In this document: positions 16,042-19,066 of the stretch, piece by piece
How positions within the stretch are numbered: position 1 is the stretch's first letter
Layout of the letters: every line of letters starts with the position of its first letter
DNA from: Calditrichia bacterium
GTDB taxonomy: Bacteria > Calditrichota > Calditrichia > RBG-13-44-9
DNA length: 19,066 nucleotides
Assembly (NCBI GenBank): GCA_037381445.1
Contig: JARRQT010000114.1
Span: 1 to 19,066, forward strand
Direction of reading: 5' to 3'
Notes under the pieces: generated by a model
Seen by the model: the letters and a program-made list of their open reading frames with translations, nothing else
Databases searched by the model: none
What the model was told of the DNA's origin: nothing
Position numbers and translations under genes: made by a program

Positions 16042-17397
16042 TTGTCTGAGCGGTTTCAAAAATCTTTCATTTCGGCACGGGAGTTTGTGGAAAGCTGGGA
16101 TAAAGAACTTTATGAATTGAATAATCTGGATTTTTTTATATATCTGACAATTAACCGTTTGGGGAATCAGCTTGAGAAACGTTTTTTTGTTCAGGACAAA
16201 GTTAAGTCTACTCTTTTCCTCGATTTTGAACATATGGGTACCGTATGTTTTAATATCGGAGACAGTCTGGAATTTTTTCTGGAAGAAAATTGCCTGGGTT
16301 CCTGTCCGCTGAACTGCCCCCGAAACCTGGAAGGTCGGGTGGATGTGGACAAAGCCCAGGTAGCAGACAATATCAAACGCAAACTCCGTATTTTGCAGTC
16401 ATTTATGGCCGGGCAACTGGACAAGGAACAGTGCCTGCGGATGGACCTTATGAATCATGTCATTCTGGACACGCTTCTTCAATTTTATAATGAAGAACTG
16501 GAGCTTGAAATCAAGGAAAATGATCCGGATCTGCTGGAGCTGGCAGAATTTATGGAGGAAGTCCTTATAGAATTTATCCGCTTTGAGGGACAGACCCTGC
16601 TGAGCAGACCTTTTGAAATAGCCCTGAATTACTTCGAAGAACTATTACAAACTGAGGCAGATGAAGAATCAAATGCAGAATGGTTCGACGAAGATAAAGG
16701 CTGGGAATCCGAGGAGGATTCGGAAGACTGGCAAAGGCCCAACGAAGAAATTACGGAGATCTTCACAAATTTTGTCTCGGATGAACATTACAATCCCGGT
16801 CAATCCGGCAGTGCGCTCATGCATGATATCAAGTTTCTGAATGTCTATTTGAAAGAACACGCCCATATCAAAAATATCAGGGAATTGAACGAACATCATC
16901 TGGCGGAATTTTTCAGTGTCTGGCTGGTTCAGGAGTTGTATCTTTCAGATGAGAAACAAATCCCCTTCATTTTTCGGGCCACGGCAAGATTCATTACCTA
17001 TTTATACCATCATTACAATATCAATCTTAAAAAAGACTTTTTAAAATATTACCAGAAACTGAAAACTGATTTACCGCGAGTCATTGAGGCGAGTCATCTG
17101 TTTTTGGATGATTACAATCTGCTGGACATTCTGCTTACGCCGGAGAATGGCGAAGGTGAAGAGCGAACCGGGTTCTTTGAAATCACTCAAATTCATGATC
17201 GAGGTTCCCGCAAAGTGGACCTGAGGGAGATAAATCTATTCGAGCAGTTAAATGAAACCGTCATTAATTCCGCAGCTTTCTCCAAATTGAAAAAGGGTGA
17301 TATTATCCATGCCGGTGTTTTGAAAAAAGAGGGAGGCTGGGAGGTTCTGGAGATCCAGTTTGTATATCCTGCTTTAGCGAAGGAATATCTGGGATAA
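16042..17397 (+). CDS. Hypothetical acidic protein with Cys cluster (CX3CX3C), integrase core-binding-like helical region and C-terminal beta domain
   Basis: 451-aa ORF with a TTG start, strong SD and promoter. No enzyme family recognised. Confidence 0.85.
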   Translation: MSERFQKSFISAREFVESWDKELYELNNLDFFIYLTINRLGNQLEKRFFVQDKVKSTLFLDFEHMGTVCFNIGDSLEFFLEENCLGSCPLNCPRNLEGRVDVDKAQVADNIKRKLRILQSFMAGQLDKEQCLRMDLMNHVILDTLLQFYNEELELEIKENDPDLLELAEFMEEVLIEFIRFEGQTLLSRPFEIALNYFEELLQTEADEESNAEWFDEDKGWESEEDSEDWQRPNEEITEIFTNFVSDEHYNPGQSGSALMHDIKFLNVYLKEHAHIKNIRELNEHHLAEFFSVWLVQELYLSDEKQIPFIFRATARFITYLYHHYNINLKKDFLKYYQKLKTDLPRVIEASHLFLDDYNLLDILLTPENGEGEERTGFFEITQIHDRGSRKVDLREINLFEQLNETVINSAAFSKLKKGDIIHAGVLKKEGGWEVLEIQFVYPALAKEYLG

Positions 17398-17438
17398 TCT
17401 TTAAATGAAAATTTTAGGCAATTCCGCCAAAAAAATTC

Positions 17439-17467
17439 TTGATTTTAAAATGTCTTGAGCTTAAATT
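17439..17467 (+). promoter_or_regulatory. Sigma70-like promoter of the candidate sRNA
   Basis: TTGATT (17439-17444), 17-nt spacer, TAAATT (17462-17467). Predicted +1 is G17474, the first base of the stem. Confidence 0.6.
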
Positions 17468-17473
17468 GAAAAC

Positions 17474-17573
17474 GGTGATGGGGCTCTCCCCTCAAAGAAA
17501 CCTCCCTCCCAAAAAATAAATTTTAATTTGGCCCCATCGCCATAAAGGGACATCAGAGGATGTCCCTTTTTTT
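17474..17573 (+). ncRNA. Candidate small regulatory RNA with C-rich anti-SD loop
   Basis: Stem GGTGATGGGGCT (17474-17485) pairs with GGCCCCATCGCC (17530-17541), 12 bp including 2 G-U. The loop contains CTCCCCTC and ACCTCCCTCCC. A terminator follows and there is no credible ORF with an RBS. Confidence 0.65.
17544..17573 (+). terminator. Rho-independent terminator
   Basis: Perfect hairpin AAAGGGACATC-AGAG-GATGTCCCTTT with a T7 run at 17567-17573. Confidence 0.88.
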
Positions 17574-17720
17574 ATTGCCTGCCATTTTTGTCGTAAATAT
17601 TCCGTCACAAAGAACATGCTTATGCTTCATTGGGCAATCCGGGAAATCGATATTTTCCGATTTCCATGGTAAAGTGAAATATTCAACTCAGACTTCCATT
17701 TCATCAATCAACACAATCTA

Positions 17721-17749
17721 TTGATTTTTCTCGAAATATTATTTAGAAT
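17721..17749 (+). promoter_or_regulatory. Sigma70-like promoter for acnA
   Basis: TTGATT (17721-17726), 17-nt spacer, TAGAAT (17744-17749). Confidence 0.6.
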
Positions 17750-17855
17750 TAGTATTGGTAAAATTGAATATGAACTTGTTGTCATCTAATTCGTTTTATT
17801 ACTGTTTTGATTTGAATGTCTGAATAATAATCATTCAACTTACAAAGGAGATCCT

Positions 17856-19066
<1,211 letters not shown>

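Noticed and set aside
16042..17397. Integrase or mobile element
   Set aside because: No tyrosine-recombinase catalytic domain, att-like repeats or cargo genes. CX3CX3C is also not the radical-SAM CX3CX2C motif.
17390..17470. Fur box over the sRNA promoter
   Set aside because: Only a half-site-like TGAAAAT is present with no convincing dyad, so iron regulation of the sRNA is unsupported by sequence.
17474..17573. Identity as tRNA, SRP RNA, 6S RNA, Y RNA or a riboswitch for acnA
   Set aside because: No cloverleaf or T-loop, no SRP domain IV motif, too short for 6S, no Ro gene nearby, no recognisable aptamer or antiterminator, and acnA has its own promoter downstream.

Overview
Bacterial chromosomal housekeeping region with no mobile element, tRNA, rRNA or CRISPR array. 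The tgt-yajC-def-fmt order suggests a Calditrichota/Ignavibacteria-like lineage, which is inference only. Minus strand, in transcription order: a hypothetical protein with a tandem beta-rich repeat, tgt, yajC, def, fmt, fabH, lipA, a UshA-like metallophosphoesterase, a divergent trpD, a degenerate trpC-like gene, mltG, pcrA/uvrD and a large secreted TPR protein. Plus strand: an SDR-type threonine dehydrogenase, a 451-aa unknown Cys-cluster protein, a candidate small RNA, and acnA (truncated by the window). Main points: (1) A ~100-nt candidate sRNA at 17474-17573 has its own sigma70-like promoter, a 12-bp closing stem, a C-rich anti-Shine-Dalgarno loop and an intrinsic terminator; its loop is complementary at 14 of 16 positions to the ribosome-binding region of lipA, and it sits beside aconitase. 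(2) A full-length TrpC homologue has lost essentially all catalytic residues and lies beside a TrpD with an altered acceptor pocket and a UshA-like protein lacking catalytic residues, with no other trp genes in the window. (3) Three genes (TPR, pcrA, lipA) are each broken by a +1 frameshift with apparent sequence loss, most likely an assembly or gap artefact.
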